Shown here: one piece after another, positions 9,379 to 19,161 of the stretch | Layout of the letters: each line of letters starts with the position of its first letter | Numbering within the stretch: position 1 is the first letter of the stretch | Source: an uncultured Gammaproteobacteria bacterium | Lineage (GTDB): Bacteria; Patescibacteriota; Microgenomatia; Levybacterales; GWA1-39-11 | NCBI GenBank assembly: GCA_964485575.1 | Contig: CAZAJO010000010.1 | Span: 450-64,449, forward strand | Length of the DNA: 64,000 nucleotides | Reading direction: 5' to 3' | Notes under the pieces: generated by a model | Seen by the model: only the letters and a program-made list of their open reading frames with translations | The model's database searches: none | What the model was told of the DNA's origin: nothing | Position numbers and translations under genes: made by a program

Positions 9379-11751
9379 ATGGCTTTTTTTAAATTTTTAT
9401 TTTATATAATACTATTCATCCTCATAAAAATTGGGGATCTCGTCTACTCTGCGATTCATTCTTTTTTGTCTCTTCTTCTCTCGCCTGTTTTGTATTGTCT
9501 CGCCCTTTTTAAGAAGGGGGCATATCAACTGTCCCATTTTCACGGAAAAGAAAAAAAATACCGTTACAAAAAGGACAAAACTATAAGACGCAGCATTAAA
9601 AAAGATTTCGTATTATTTTCGAAAATAACGAGTATATTTGTCTCTGTTCTTTCATATTTGCTTCAAGAATTCTCTGCTTTAATCAGATTTTTAGCCTCAA
9701 TTTTTGTATTTCCTTTTAAATTGATTCCTAGGATTAAGATTCCAAAAAGAAAAGTGGCAAGAGCCCAAAGATTTGTATCAATTCCGACTAAGCCATCATT
9801 ATTGCTCAAATTTAAATATGTAGGATTGGGGACAATATTTGCCTGCGTCTTTTTCTTTATTCCTGCATTATTTTTCTTATTCCTCTCAGATTTACCGAAG
9901 CTGTCAAATTTATCTGTGAATTATATTCCAAAGACAACCAAGATCTTGGATAGAAATGGAAATTTGCTCTACGAAATCTACGCGAATCAAAATCGAACGA
10001 TAGTAAGATTGGATAAAATACCAAAAAAATTACAAGAAGCAACCATTGCTATTGAGGATAGGGATTTCTATAAACACGATGGATTTGATGTGAAAGGAAT
10101 AGCCAGGGCAATGTATGTAGACGCAACAAAAAAAGATTTACAAGGAGGCTCAACTATTACGCAGCAGCTTATCAAGTCTGCCCTCCTAACTCCGGAGCCG
10201 ACAATCACAAGAAAAGTGAGGGAGTTAGTACTTGCTTTTTGGGCTGAACAGCAATATACAAAAAGTCAAATTCTTGAATTATATTTCAATTACGTACCAT
10301 ACGGAGGCACTGCCTGGGGGGTTGAAGCAGCAAGCCAAATATATTTTGGTAAAGAAGTATCTAGCCTGACACTTTCCGAAAGCGCTTATATTGCAGGATT
10401 ACCTCAAGCACCAAGCCAGTACTCCCCATTTGCTGGAGATGGGAGTCTTGGAAAAAAGAGACAAAAAGAAGTGCTTGCCTCTATGGTCTCTGAAGGATAC
10501 ATCACAAAAGATCAGGCCCAAAGAGCGTATTCAGAGAAGCTCATTTTTGCTTCATCTCAAGTTCCTATTCAAGCTCCACATTTTGTAATGTATGTTAAAG
10601 ATTTATTAATTCGTAAATATGGGCTATTTGAAGTCGAAAGGGGGGGGCTCCAGGTAACTACCAGTCTTGATATCAACACCCAAAAAATGGCAGAAGAAGT
10701 AGTTGCCGATGAAGTAGAACGGGATGGATATCTCGGAATAGGAAATGGTGCAGCTCTTGTCACAAATCCTCAAACCGGTGACATCTTAGCTATGGTTGGT
10801 AGTAGCGACTATTTTGATACGGATCATGACGGTAATGTAAATATAACGACCTCATTGAGACAACCAGGCTCAACGATAAAACTAATAACATATGCACTAG
10901 CCCTTTCGAAAGGTTACACAGAGGCATCAATTCTAGAGGATGTTCCGCTTAGTATCCCAAGTCCAGGTGGACCTACGTATACCCCTGTTAATTACGACGG
11001 AAAATTTCACGGGAAAGTTCCTTTGAGGATTGCATTTGCCAATTCATTTAACATTCCTGCAGTCAGAGTTGCCCAAAAAATGGGAGTTGAAGCCATTGTG
11101 GAGTTTGGAAAACAAATGGGAATATCATCCTGGGGTTCAGCCGAAAATTACGGTTTATCAATTACACTAGGGGCAGCTGAGGTAACGATGAAAGATCTGG
11201 CTACTGTGTATGGGGTCATCGCAAATGGAGGAAATAAGGTTGAGCTAGATCCAATACTTCTGATAACGGATACTGATGGTAAGGTTTTGGCAAAAAAAGA
11301 GGTGAAAGAGACATCAGTTATTGATGCTGGCATTGCTTATATTATTTCAAATATTTTGGCAGATGATAGGGCAAGAAGCATAGAATTTGGGACCAATTCC
11401 CCCCTCGTCATTCCCAACAGGAAGGTATCAGTTAAGACTGGAACGACAGACAACAAGAGGGATAATTGGACAGTCGGATTTACTCCAGACACTTTAGTTG
11501 CTACATGGGTTGGAAATAACGACAACACTCCCCTTTCTCAAGCTTTAGCATCAGGAATAACGGGTGCAGCTCCTATGTGGCACAGAATAATGGAGAATAT
11601 GCTTAATAGTACTGAGCCAGCCGAGATTACTATGCCAGATGATATTGTCGTTAAGAACTGTTTTGGATATGAAGCATATTTCATACGAGGGACCGAATCT
11701 AAAGATTCATGCAAAATCGTTATTCCTACCCCTACTCTAACACAACAATAA
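9379..11751 (+). CDS. class A penicillin-binding protein (PBP1A family)
   Basis: EDRDF, GGSTITQQ, RQPGSTIK, S.N, KTGT. Confidence 0.93.
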   Translation: MAFFKFLFYIILFILIKIGDLVYSAIHSFLSLLLSPVLYCLALFKKGAYQLSHFHGKEKKYRYKKDKTIRRSIKKDFVLFSKITSIFVSVLSYLLQEFSALIRFLASIFVFPFKLIPRIKIPKRKVARAQRFVSIPTKPSLLLKFKYVGLGTIFACVFFFIPALFFLFLSDLPKLSNLSVNYIPKTTKILDRNGNLLYEIYANQNRTIVRLDKIPKKLQEATIAIEDRDFYKHDGFDVKGIARAMYVDATKKDLQGGSTITQQLIKSALLTPEPTITRKVRELVLAFWAEQQYTKSQILELYFNYVPYGGTAWGVEAASQIYFGKEVSSLTLSESAYIAGLPQAPSQYSPFAGDGSLGKKRQKEVLASMVSEGYITKDQAQRAYSEKLIFASSQVPIQAPHFVMYVKDLLIRKYGLFEVERGGLQVTTSLDINTQKMAEEVVADEVERDGYLGIGNGAALVTNPQTGDILAMVGSSDYFDTDHDGNVNITTSLRQPGSTIKLITYALALSKGYTEASILEDVPLSIPSPGGPTYTPVNYDGKFHGKVPLRIAFANSFNIPAVRVAQKMGVEAIVEFGKQMGISSWGSAENYGLSITLGAAEVTMKDLATVYGVIANGGNKVELDPILLITDTDGKVLAKKEVKETSVIDAGIAYIISNILADDRARSIEFGTNSPLVIPNRKVSVKTGTTDNKRDNWTVGFTPDTLVATWVGNNDNTPLSQALASGITGAAPMWHRIMENMLNSTEPAEITMPDDIVVKNCFGYEAYFIRGTESKDSCKIVIPTPTLTQQ

Positions 11752-11778
11752 CTGTTAAGAAGTTAGTAGAATGGAGAT

Positions 11779-12144
11779 GTGAGAATTACAAATCCCATAG
11801 CGGTTTTTGGAGAAGACGAAGCCTGTAAATTTCTTTCAAAGAAAGGATACAAGATCCTTGAGCGTAATTTTAGGAAAGGATATGGAGAAATTGACATCAT
11901 TGCTCTGCATGGTCAAACCATAGTGTTTGTTGAAGTTAAAACACGATCTTCAAACAAATATGGGACTCCTTTTGAGGCCATTTCACCGCACAAATTGAGA
12001 CTTCTTATTAAAGGAGCAAACTTCTATAAATATATACTCCATCCGGATATGCCTGATGAGATGCGGATTGATGCGATTGGGGTTATGGTGTGGGGGAATG
12101 AAGTTCTATCAATCGAACACCGAGAGAATGTTTCGGGATTTTAG
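11779..12144 (+). CDS. yraN: YraN family nuclease
   Basis: GE..A..FL, GEIDII, FVEVKTR, RIDAI. Confidence 0.9.
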   Translation: MRITNPIAVFGEDEACKFLSKKGYKILERNFRKGYGEIDIIALHGQTIVFVEVKTRSSNKYGTPFEAISPHKLRLLIKGANFYKYILHPDMPDEMRIDAIGVMVWGNEVLSIEHRENVSGF

Positions 12145-12725
12145 GTGAGATTTAGGTGTTCCAGAACTTTTTGTAAGGACTGATCTTTATTCAATAAAAA
12201 TGTATTGATAACCAAATCATAGTAGTCCCTGTTCATATAAGTCCAGTTTGTGTCACCATCTGCGTATAATCTCTGCCATTTTTCAACATCATTTCTTTCG
12301 CGCTCTATCACTTCTTCTTTCGCTTTTTCAACTGAAATTTCCTCACGATTTACTAATCTATCAATTCGTATTTGGGTTTGATCATTACCATGTTCGTCTT
12401 CACAAATAACTAGAATTTTGAAAATCCCATCTACACCTTGAGCATTAAATCCAGCCAGTTTTGTTTCTAATATTATGTTCTTGTCTTCACTGATAATTTT
12501 CTTAAGTTGTTCGTCAAACAATAAATCTTCTTCATCTGGTCTTAAGCTTGTATCTTTTGGGGCAAGCTGCATGTGTTGTCTTACTGCTTCCCAAAAAATT
12601 TCTCCTCCTTCAATATGTTTCCAATCAAGGTGTTGAGCTAATCTTTTTGCTAGAGTTGTTGAACCAGAAGCAATTCTTCCAGAAACAGCGATAATTCGTA
12701 TAGTGCCTAAGTCTTTTGGATTCAT
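12141..12725 (-). CDS. cmk: cytidylate kinase, archaeal-type
   Basis: IAVSG..ASGSTT.A P-loop; YDLVINT. Confidence 0.7.
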   Translation of the reverse strand: MNPKDLGTIRIIAVSGRIASGSTTLAKRLAQHLDWKHIEGGEIFWEAVRQHMQLAPKDTSLRPDEEDLLFDEQLKKIISEDKNIILETKLAGFNAQGVDGIFKILVICEDEHGNDQTQIRIDRLVNREEISVEKAKEEVIERERNDVEKWQRLYADGDTNWTYMNRDYYDLVINTFLLNKDQSLQKVLEHLNLT

Positions 12726-12731
12726 AATGAA

Positions 12732-13817
12732 TTAACTTTGAGGGTTTCCCTGAGCTTTGCGACCTAGAATTAGAGTCTCTTCAACAAGTCTATTAGAATA
12801 CCCAAATTCATTGTCGTACCATGCGATTATTTTTAACATATTTCCTGCAACTACCTGCGTTAGCGACAAATCGGCTATAGAGGAGTGAGAATTACCGATT
12901 ATATCACTTGAAACAAGAGGATCGTTAGTAACAGTAAAAATTCCCTTCCAGCGAGGATTTTCAGAAGCTTGCTTGAGTGCTCCATTTACTTCTTCAACAG
13001 TAACGTCCCTTTTAAGTAAAAATGTAAAATCAGACAGAGAACCTACAGCTACCGGAACGCGGATTGCCAAGCCATTAAAGATACCTTGCAATGAGGGAAT
13101 AGCCTTTGCTGCTGCTATCGTGGCACCTGATGAGGTAGGGATGATGTTTTGTGCTGCTGCTCGTGCACGTCTATAGTCCTTATGTCCTCCATCGTGCACA
13201 TTTTGGTCCGATGTATATCCATGAATTGTGGTCATCATTGCTTTTTCAATACCAAAAGTCTCCTCGATAATTGCAGCAACCGGCGCTATACAGTTGGTAG
13301 TGCAGGATGCATTACTTACAACATTCTCAAGTTTTTCCCCGTCCTGATCATTTAAGTTAACACCCAAAACATATGTTGCTGCGCTTTGTTCGTCTTTAAA
13401 TGGGGCAGAAAGGATAACTGATTTTGCACCAGCATCAATATGCGGTTGAATTTTTTCAGGAGTAGTAAATGCACCGGTTGATTCTATAACAACATCAACG
13501 TTAAGGTCTTTCCATGGTAGTTTTGATGGATCTTTTTCGGAAAAGAAAGGGATTACTTTATCATCAACTACAAGTGCTCCAATTGTTTCAAGAGAATATT
13601 TTGCCTCAACTTCTTCTGGTTTTTGAATAAAAAGAGCATGGTGGACAAGCTCATGGTACATCGTGTCAAACTTTAGCAAATACATCCACCCTTGCATGTC
13701 TGTGGATGACCCAGCGTTTACCGCAACGATCTCAATCTCCTCTCCAAACTTTTCAATAATTATTCTGTGGGCTACTCTCCCAATACGACCATAGCCGTTA
13801 ATCGCAACGCGAACCAT
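12732..13817 (-). CDS. gap: type I glyceraldehyde-3-phosphate dehydrogenase
   Basis: INGYGRIGR, SNASCTTNC, WYDNE. Confidence 0.97.
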   Translation of the reverse strand: MVRVAINGYGRIGRVAHRIIIEKFGEEIEIVAVNAGSSTDMQGWMYLLKFDTMYHELVHHALFIQKPEEVEAKYSLETIGALVVDDKVIPFFSEKDPSKLPWKDLNVDVVIESTGAFTTPEKIQPHIDAGAKSVILSAPFKDEQSAATYVLGVNLNDQDGEKLENVVSNASCTTNCIAPVAAIIEETFGIEKAMMTTIHGYTSDQNVHDGGHKDYRRARAAAQNIIPTSSGATIAAAKAIPSLQGIFNGLAIRVPVAVGSLSDFTFLLKRDVTVEEVNGALKQASENPRWKGIFTVTNDPLVSSDIIGNSHSSIADLSLTQVVAGNMLKIIAWYDNEFGYSNRLVEETLILGRKAQGNPQS

Positions 13818-13907
13818 ATATTTATAGTAGAAGAAATACTTTTTTTATTCAATAGGACAAATAGTTAGCTATTTCTTTTTTTGGCCTCATCGAATATAAT
13901 AGAACCT

Positions 13908-14039
13908 ATGTCTGAACGAATGACAAAAAATAACAAGCTGAAAGGAAAGAAAAAGCACGGCTTTTTGGGACGTCTTAAGACGCTCGGAGGAAATAAGCTT
14001 ATTAAAAGACGTAGACAAAAGGGTCGTAAAACTCTCTAA
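13908..14039 (+). CDS. rpmH: 50S ribosomal protein L34
   Basis: Hand translation MSERMTKNNKLKGKKKHGFLGRLKTLGGNKLIKRRRQKGRKTL; directly upstream of rnpA; absent from the ORF track. Confidence 0.9.
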   Translation: MSERMTKNNKLKGKKKHGFLGRLKTLGGNKLIKRRRQKGRKTL

Positions 14040-14353
14040 TGCTAGATCGGAGTCATAGATTTTCCTTTAGGAAGGGTGCACCAAGGCGAATTTTTGCTAC
14101 ACCCCTGTTTGTTGTCAGGTATGATAGCAATAACGACCAATTGCATTGTTCGGTAGTTGTAGGTAAGAAAGTTGATAAACGAGCAGTTGTTCGCAATAGA
14201 ATAAAAAGACAAATTAACGAAATGCTGAGAGAAATTTTGTCAAAAGATTTAAAATACGACCTAGTTTTTTTTATTAAAAAACAAATTAATGAGTCGAATA
14301 GAGAAATAATAAAGGGTACAATAGAACAAGCTTTGAAAGAAATTCACATATAA
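14039..14353 (+). CDS. rnpA: RNase P protein component
   Basis: KKVDKRAVVRNRIKR (RNR motif); synteny. Confidence 0.93.
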   Translation: MLDRSHRFSFRKGAPRRIFATPLFVVRYDSNNDQLHCSVVVGKKVDKRAVVRNRIKRQINEMLREILSKDLKYDLVFFIKKQINESNREIIKGTIEQALKEIHI

Positions 14354-14355
14354 AT

Positions 14356-15216
14356 ATGGACATAGGAGCGATTTTCACAATTCTTTTAACTCAACCGATA
14401 ACCAATCTTTTAGTTGGATGTTATCAACTTCTCGCATTTCTTCATATCCCATTTGCTCTTGGATTTTCAATAATTCTACTGACATTTATTATCAGGATAG
14501 TGCTTTATCCTTTTACAGCATCTCAGATAAAGACAAGTAAGAAAATGCAGGATATGGCACCTCATATCTCAAACCTCAAAACAAAACACAAGGACGACAA
14601 GAAGAAACAGCAGGAAGAGATGATGAAGTTATATTCAGAATTTGGTGTTAATCCTGCCGCCGGATGTCTACCCGTAATAGTTCAGATTCCAATAATTTGG
14701 GGTCTTTACCACGTACTTAGTACTGTAGTTAATGCAAATTCTATCGTTAAACTTAAAGAAATAAATAGTCTTATGTACTCTGATGGATTAAAGCTGACGC
14801 GTCTTTGGGAAACAACTTTTTTTGGAATTCCACTCGCCCAGTCCCCTTCCCATCTCATGAAAGACATGCCTTTAATAGTGTTGGTCCCTGCTCTTACTGC
14901 TGTGCTACAGCTTATATTTTCAAAGATGATGGCTCCTGAAGTCGCACCATCAGGCAAGCATGATGACTTTCAAGCAACGTTTGCAAAACAATCACTTTTT
15001 ATATTCCCAATCATGATTGGTGTATTCTCTTTTCAATTGCCTTTCGGACTCTCTTTGTACTGGAATGCATTCACAATTTTTGGTATACTTCAGCAGTACT
15101 TTTTAGTTGGTCTTGGTGGCCTAAAACAATGGCAAAAGTTTGCTGAAAAATACTACAGTAAACCAACTATAAAAGTAGCAAGCAACAAAAAAACTAAACA
15201 TGGAAAAAGAAGTTAA
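14356..15216 (+). CDS. yidC: membrane protein insertase YidC (short form)
   Basis: NPAAGCLP..Q.PI, GLSLYW; synteny. Confidence 0.93.
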   Translation: MDIGAIFTILLTQPITNLLVGCYQLLAFLHIPFALGFSIILLTFIIRIVLYPFTASQIKTSKKMQDMAPHISNLKTKHKDDKKKQQEEMMKLYSEFGVNPAAGCLPVIVQIPIIWGLYHVLSTVVNANSIVKLKEINSLMYSDGLKLTRLWETTFFGIPLAQSPSHLMKDMPLIVLVPALTAVLQLIFSKMMAPEVAPSGKHDDFQATFAKQSLFIFPIMIGVFSFQLPFGLSLYWNAFTIFGILQQYFLVGLGGLKQWQKFAEKYYSKPTIKVASNKKTKHGKRS

Positions 15217-15652
15217 AGTTATACAAAAGGAAGTAGAGAAATTGCTTTCTCAAATTGGTGTTAAATCAACCATTAACGTAGAGGGCAATGATGACGGTTA
15301 TACAATTGTACTTGATGCATCTGAAGACAACGCACTTCTTATCGGTAAGCACGGCAATACTCTCGCATCATTAGAGTTGATCGTAAATTTGATAGTCGCC
15401 AACAAACTTGGAGAATTCAAGAGAACCACAATAGAAATAGGAAGTTATAGAGCCGAGCGCGAACAGTACTTGTCAGAGCTTGCAGACAAGTTAAGAGAGG
15501 AAGTAATAACTTCTGGTTACGAAAAGCAGGTTAGAGGGTTAAAGCCTTGGGAAAGAAGATATTTACACATGCATCTTTCTGAAGATGAAGAAGTTATGAC
15601 AGAATCAGTAGGTGAAGATCGCGATAGAACACTAGTTATCAAAAAGAAGTGA
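15200..15652 (+). CDS. jag: Jag/KhpB RNA-binding protein (KH + R3H)
   Basis: LIGKHG.TL, ERR.LH, ES.GE..R. Confidence 0.85.
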   Translation: MEKEVKVIQKEVEKLLSQIGVKSTINVEGNDDGYTIVLDASEDNALLIGKHGNTLASLELIVNLIVANKLGEFKRTTIEIGSYRAEREQYLSELADKLREEVITSGYEKQVRGLKPWERRYLHMHLSEDEEVMTESVGEDRDRTLVIKKK

Positions 15653-16905
15653 CCCGGTTTCAAAGAATAGCTTTTTTTTCACTGCTCGCAACACTCCCAA
15701 TACAATTAGGTAAACATTTCTGGCCGCACTTTTCATTCGTTCAAGGAATTCGGATTGACTATCTTTCCCCAACATTGTACATAAGCGATATCTGTTTCAT
15801 TTTTCTTTTTATTGTTTCGTTTCATTCTCTTAAGGCAATGTTTGCAAAGCTACTTTTCTCAAAATTTGGTTTGCTTTTTATTATTAGTTTGATTGGTTCA
15901 ATATGTTTTGCCACAAACATATACGCGGCGATTTTCGGAACAGTTAAGCTTTTGGAATTTATGTACATTGGATTATTTATTTCTCAATATTTCAAAAGAA
16001 AAGATATTGAGAGTGCTCTATTTATTCTTACCCTCGGAGCGTTAGTTGAAACTGTGATTATTTTCTTTCAATTCATTTCACAGAATTCTCTTGGTGGATT
16101 TTTTTATTTTCTTGGAGAGAGAACTTTTAACACATCAACACCAGGGATTGCAACATTTCAAATTAATGGTGCGGATGTGTTAAGAGCATATGGAACATTT
16201 CCTCATCCAAACGTTGTCGCCTTTTTCCTTTTGTTTGTTTTTTCTTGGCTACTCTTTTCCTCTAAATTTCGAAAAGCATTCTTAAGTTACATAAAGATTC
16301 TGGCTTTATTAGTAATAGGTATAGGGATTTTTTTGACGTTTTCAAGAATAGTTATTTTGCTATTAATAGGAATCTTGCTTGTTAAAATAAAACCTAGAGG
16401 TGGAAAAAATACAGTTCCGATTTTATTAGGACTCTTTACTATTTGTGTTTTGCTTTTTCAAAGATTTGAGTTTACTCTTGTTAAAGATTTATTATTAAGA
16501 AAGGAGCTAATTGAAATTGGGGTAAAAGTTTTTTTAACAAACTTTATCTTTGGAACGGGATTGCATAACTTCTTCTATAGCGAAATTTTGTATCAAAAAA
16601 CTCTGAGTCCAATACTGCTACAGCCAGTTCACAACATTTATCTCTACTGGATTTCTCAAACCGGGATTGTGGGTTTGATAGTCTTAATTTATTTTTTAAA
16701 GAAGTTAATTTACGCTTTAAGAAAATCTTTAAACATAAAAAAATCAAGGAATTTTTACCGGTTTGTTTCAATTATTGTGGTATGTGTTGGAGTTTCTGGA
16801 ATGCTTGATCATTATTTTCTCACTCTTCAACAGGGGCAACTTCTGACCGCGATTATTGTTGGGCTTTGCTTCTCTAAAATCGATTCTAACGAGGGGTTGG
16901 AGTAG
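15649..16905 (+). CDS. O-antigen ligase family membrane protein
   Basis: RAYGTFPHPN, LTFSR, PVHNIY; multiple TM helices. Confidence 0.85.
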   Translation: MTRFQRIAFFSLLATLPIQLGKHFWPHFSFVQGIRIDYLSPTLYISDICFIFLFIVSFHSLKAMFAKLLFSKFGLLFIISLIGSICFATNIYAAIFGTVKLLEFMYIGLFISQYFKRKDIESALFILTLGALVETVIIFFQFISQNSLGGFFYFLGERTFNTSTPGIATFQINGADVLRAYGTFPHPNVVAFFLLFVFSWLLFSSKFRKAFLSYIKILALLVIGIGIFLTFSRIVILLLIGILLVKIKPRGGKNTVPILLGLFTICVLLFQRFEFTLVKDLLLRKELIEIGVKVFLTNFIFGTGLHNFFYSEILYQKTLSPILLQPVHNIYLYWISQTGIVGLIVLIYFLKKLIYALRKSLNIKKSRNFYRFVSIIVVCVGVSGMLDHYFLTLQQGQLLTAIIVGLCFSKIDSNEGLE

Positions 16906-19135
16906 GTTCTTGAGGTTGGGGACAGGTTGTGCAATAAGAGTCTCCAGTTGCATCAGTTACGATTGCGGCATCTCTTTCCTCGACGTTATCAGTTTTTCCA
17001 GCTGGTGCAAGCATTTGGGTTGATTTATCGACAAAGACTTTTTTAAGTCCAGGATCAACAGTTCTAGGAATTGTACCCTTGATAAAATATTCATAGCGTG
17101 TCGGACAAACGTATGGGGAACCAGCAGGTTGTGGAAGTAGGCCTGAAGTTGAGCATATAGTCGCACCGATAACATTATCAGGCTTATTGAGGGTCTCAGC
17201 AGGCTTTCCTTCGAGCAGTTTTGCCATAATTTGGTGCCAGATTGGAGCAGCTCCTGTTACTCCTGACACAACTCCCTGAAGCGGTTTGTTGTCATTATTT
17301 CCTACCCATGTAGCGACAACAAACGAAGGGGTATATCCAATGGTCCAGTTATCTCTGTAGTCGTTTGTAGTGCCGGTCTTAACAGAGACTGTCTGACCTT
17401 TTATGTTGAGTGGGGAATTGCTTCCGAAAGATGCACTCCTCGCCCCGTTATCCGCCAAGATATTTGAGATTATATATGCAACTCCATCTGGTAATACTTT
17501 TTTCCCAAGCAGTGGACTTTCGACCGGCTTGTATTGTTGGATAGTTTTTCCTTTCGAATCAGTGACTTTAAGAATTGGATGTAGTCCAATTTTATAACCA
17601 GAGTTGGCAAATACGCCATATGCTTCAGTCATTTCAACCATTGTTACCTCTCCTCCACCAAGCGTTAAAGAAAGCCCATACCTATCAGGGTCGGTGAAAG
17701 AATTGATTCCCATTGCAGACGCGGTTGCTATCATGGCTTCAAGACCATTCAATTTGAGCATTTTAACAGCTGGAATATTGAATGAATTTGCAAGAGCATA
17801 TCTCATTTGCTGTACCCCATGAAATTTAAGGTCATAGTTGAGAGGACAATAAGGGGCACCTGAAGGGTTTGGAAAGCATGTTTTTTGATCAACGAATGGG
17901 GTTGCTGCGGTATATCCCTTGATAAGACCTGTCGCGTAGTTGATTGGTTTTATGGAAGATCCTGGTTGTCTTTTTGAAATTGCGACATTCACATTTCCGT
18001 CTCTTTCGGTATCAAAATAATTTCTGCTCCCAACCATGGCTAAGACCTCGCCTGTTCCTGGCCTTGTTACCATGCTTGCGGCGTTATACCAATTTTTCCC
18101 AGTGAGTGTTGCCTCTTCAGTTGCTATTGCATCTTCAGCAATTTTTTGAACATCTAGGTCTAATGAGGTTGTAACAGTAAGTCCACCCTGCTCTACCATT
18201 TTTTCACCATATTGCTGCACAAGAAGATCCTTTATAAAAAATACGAAATGAGGAGCCACGATCGTGTCTTGTATCTGGTTGAAAACTAACTCTTCATTTT
18301 TTGCTTTCTCAAGTTGGGAATCAGTGATGTATCCTGAATCTTTCATTGCTTGCAAGACTTGTAATTGTCTTCCCTTTCCATTTTCAGGATGGGATCCAAA
18401 AGGCGAATACACGCTTGGTGCTTGTGGTAGGCCGGCGAGAAACGCACTCTCTGAAAGAGTTAATTTTGAAACATCCTTGCCAAAATATATCTGACTTGCC
18501 GCTTCGACTCCCCAAGCAGTACCTCCGTAAGATACTTGGTTAAGATACATTTCTAGAATCCTGTTTTTTGAATATATTGATTCAACGACAAATGAAAGCA
18601 ATACCTCTTTGACCTTTCTTGTGATTGTTCGATCAAGCGTCAGAAGAGAATTTCTGACAAGCTGCTGGGTAATTGTTGATCCTCCCTGAACTGATTTATG
18701 TGAAAGAGTTACATATGCTGCGCGAGCTATCCCTTTAATATCAATTGCACCATGATTGTAAAAATTCTTATCTTCGATTGAGATTGTTGCCTGCTGTAAA
18801 TACTTTGGAATTCTGTTCAAGGAAACAAATGTCTGATTCCTGCTTGCATAGATCGTATAGAGCAATTTTCCATCTCTAGAATAGATTTTGCTTGATTGAG
18901 GAAAGCTATTACTTCCTATTACGGTTGCTCTTGGAACGTCTTTTAGAACCAAAAGTATTGCTATAGCAACAAGGGTAATTGGTATTGCCAATAAAACATA
19001 GCTTGCTATTAACCATTTATTTCTGAATAACATTGATGGTTTTTTCGCAACTTTTGCAATCAGGCGAAAGGGATAGGTTAGATGCTTCGTCGCTTTTTTC
19101 ATTGGGGCTTTTGAGTACTGTTTTTTGGTAAACAT
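16886..19135 (-). CDS. class A penicillin-binding protein
   Basis: EDKNF, GGSTITQQ, RQPGSSIK, KTGT; paralog of 9379-11751. Confidence 0.93.
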   Translation of the reverse strand: MFTKKQYSKAPMKKATKHLTYPFRLIAKVAKKPSMLFRNKWLIASYVLLAIPITLVAIAILLVLKDVPRATVIGSNSFPQSSKIYSRDGKLLYTIYASRNQTFVSLNRIPKYLQQATISIEDKNFYNHGAIDIKGIARAAYVTLSHKSVQGGSTITQQLVRNSLLTLDRTITRKVKEVLLSFVVESIYSKNRILEMYLNQVSYGGTAWGVEAASQIYFGKDVSKLTLSESAFLAGLPQAPSVYSPFGSHPENGKGRQLQVLQAMKDSGYITDSQLEKAKNEELVFNQIQDTIVAPHFVFFIKDLLVQQYGEKMVEQGGLTVTTSLDLDVQKIAEDAIATEEATLTGKNWYNAASMVTRPGTGEVLAMVGSRNYFDTERDGNVNVAISKRQPGSSIKPINYATGLIKGYTAATPFVDQKTCFPNPSGAPYCPLNYDLKFHGVQQMRYALANSFNIPAVKMLKLNGLEAMIATASAMGINSFTDPDRYGLSLTLGGGEVTMVEMTEAYGVFANSGYKIGLHPILKVTDSKGKTIQQYKPVESPLLGKKVLPDGVAYIISNILADNGARSASFGSNSPLNIKGQTVSVKTGTTNDYRDNWTIGYTPSFVVATWVGNNDNKPLQGVVSGVTGAAPIWHQIMAKLLEGKPAETLNKPDNVIGATICSTSGLLPQPAGSPYVCPTRYEYFIKGTIPRTVDPGLKKVFVDKSTQMLAPAGKTDNVEERDAAIVTDATGDSYCTTCPQPQEPTPTPR

Positions 19136-19161
19136 GATTGTATCACATAAGGTATAACTAC

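Noticed and set aside
13818-13907. oriC next to rpmH
   Set aside because: dnaA is not adjacent and no TTATCCACA boxes were seen.
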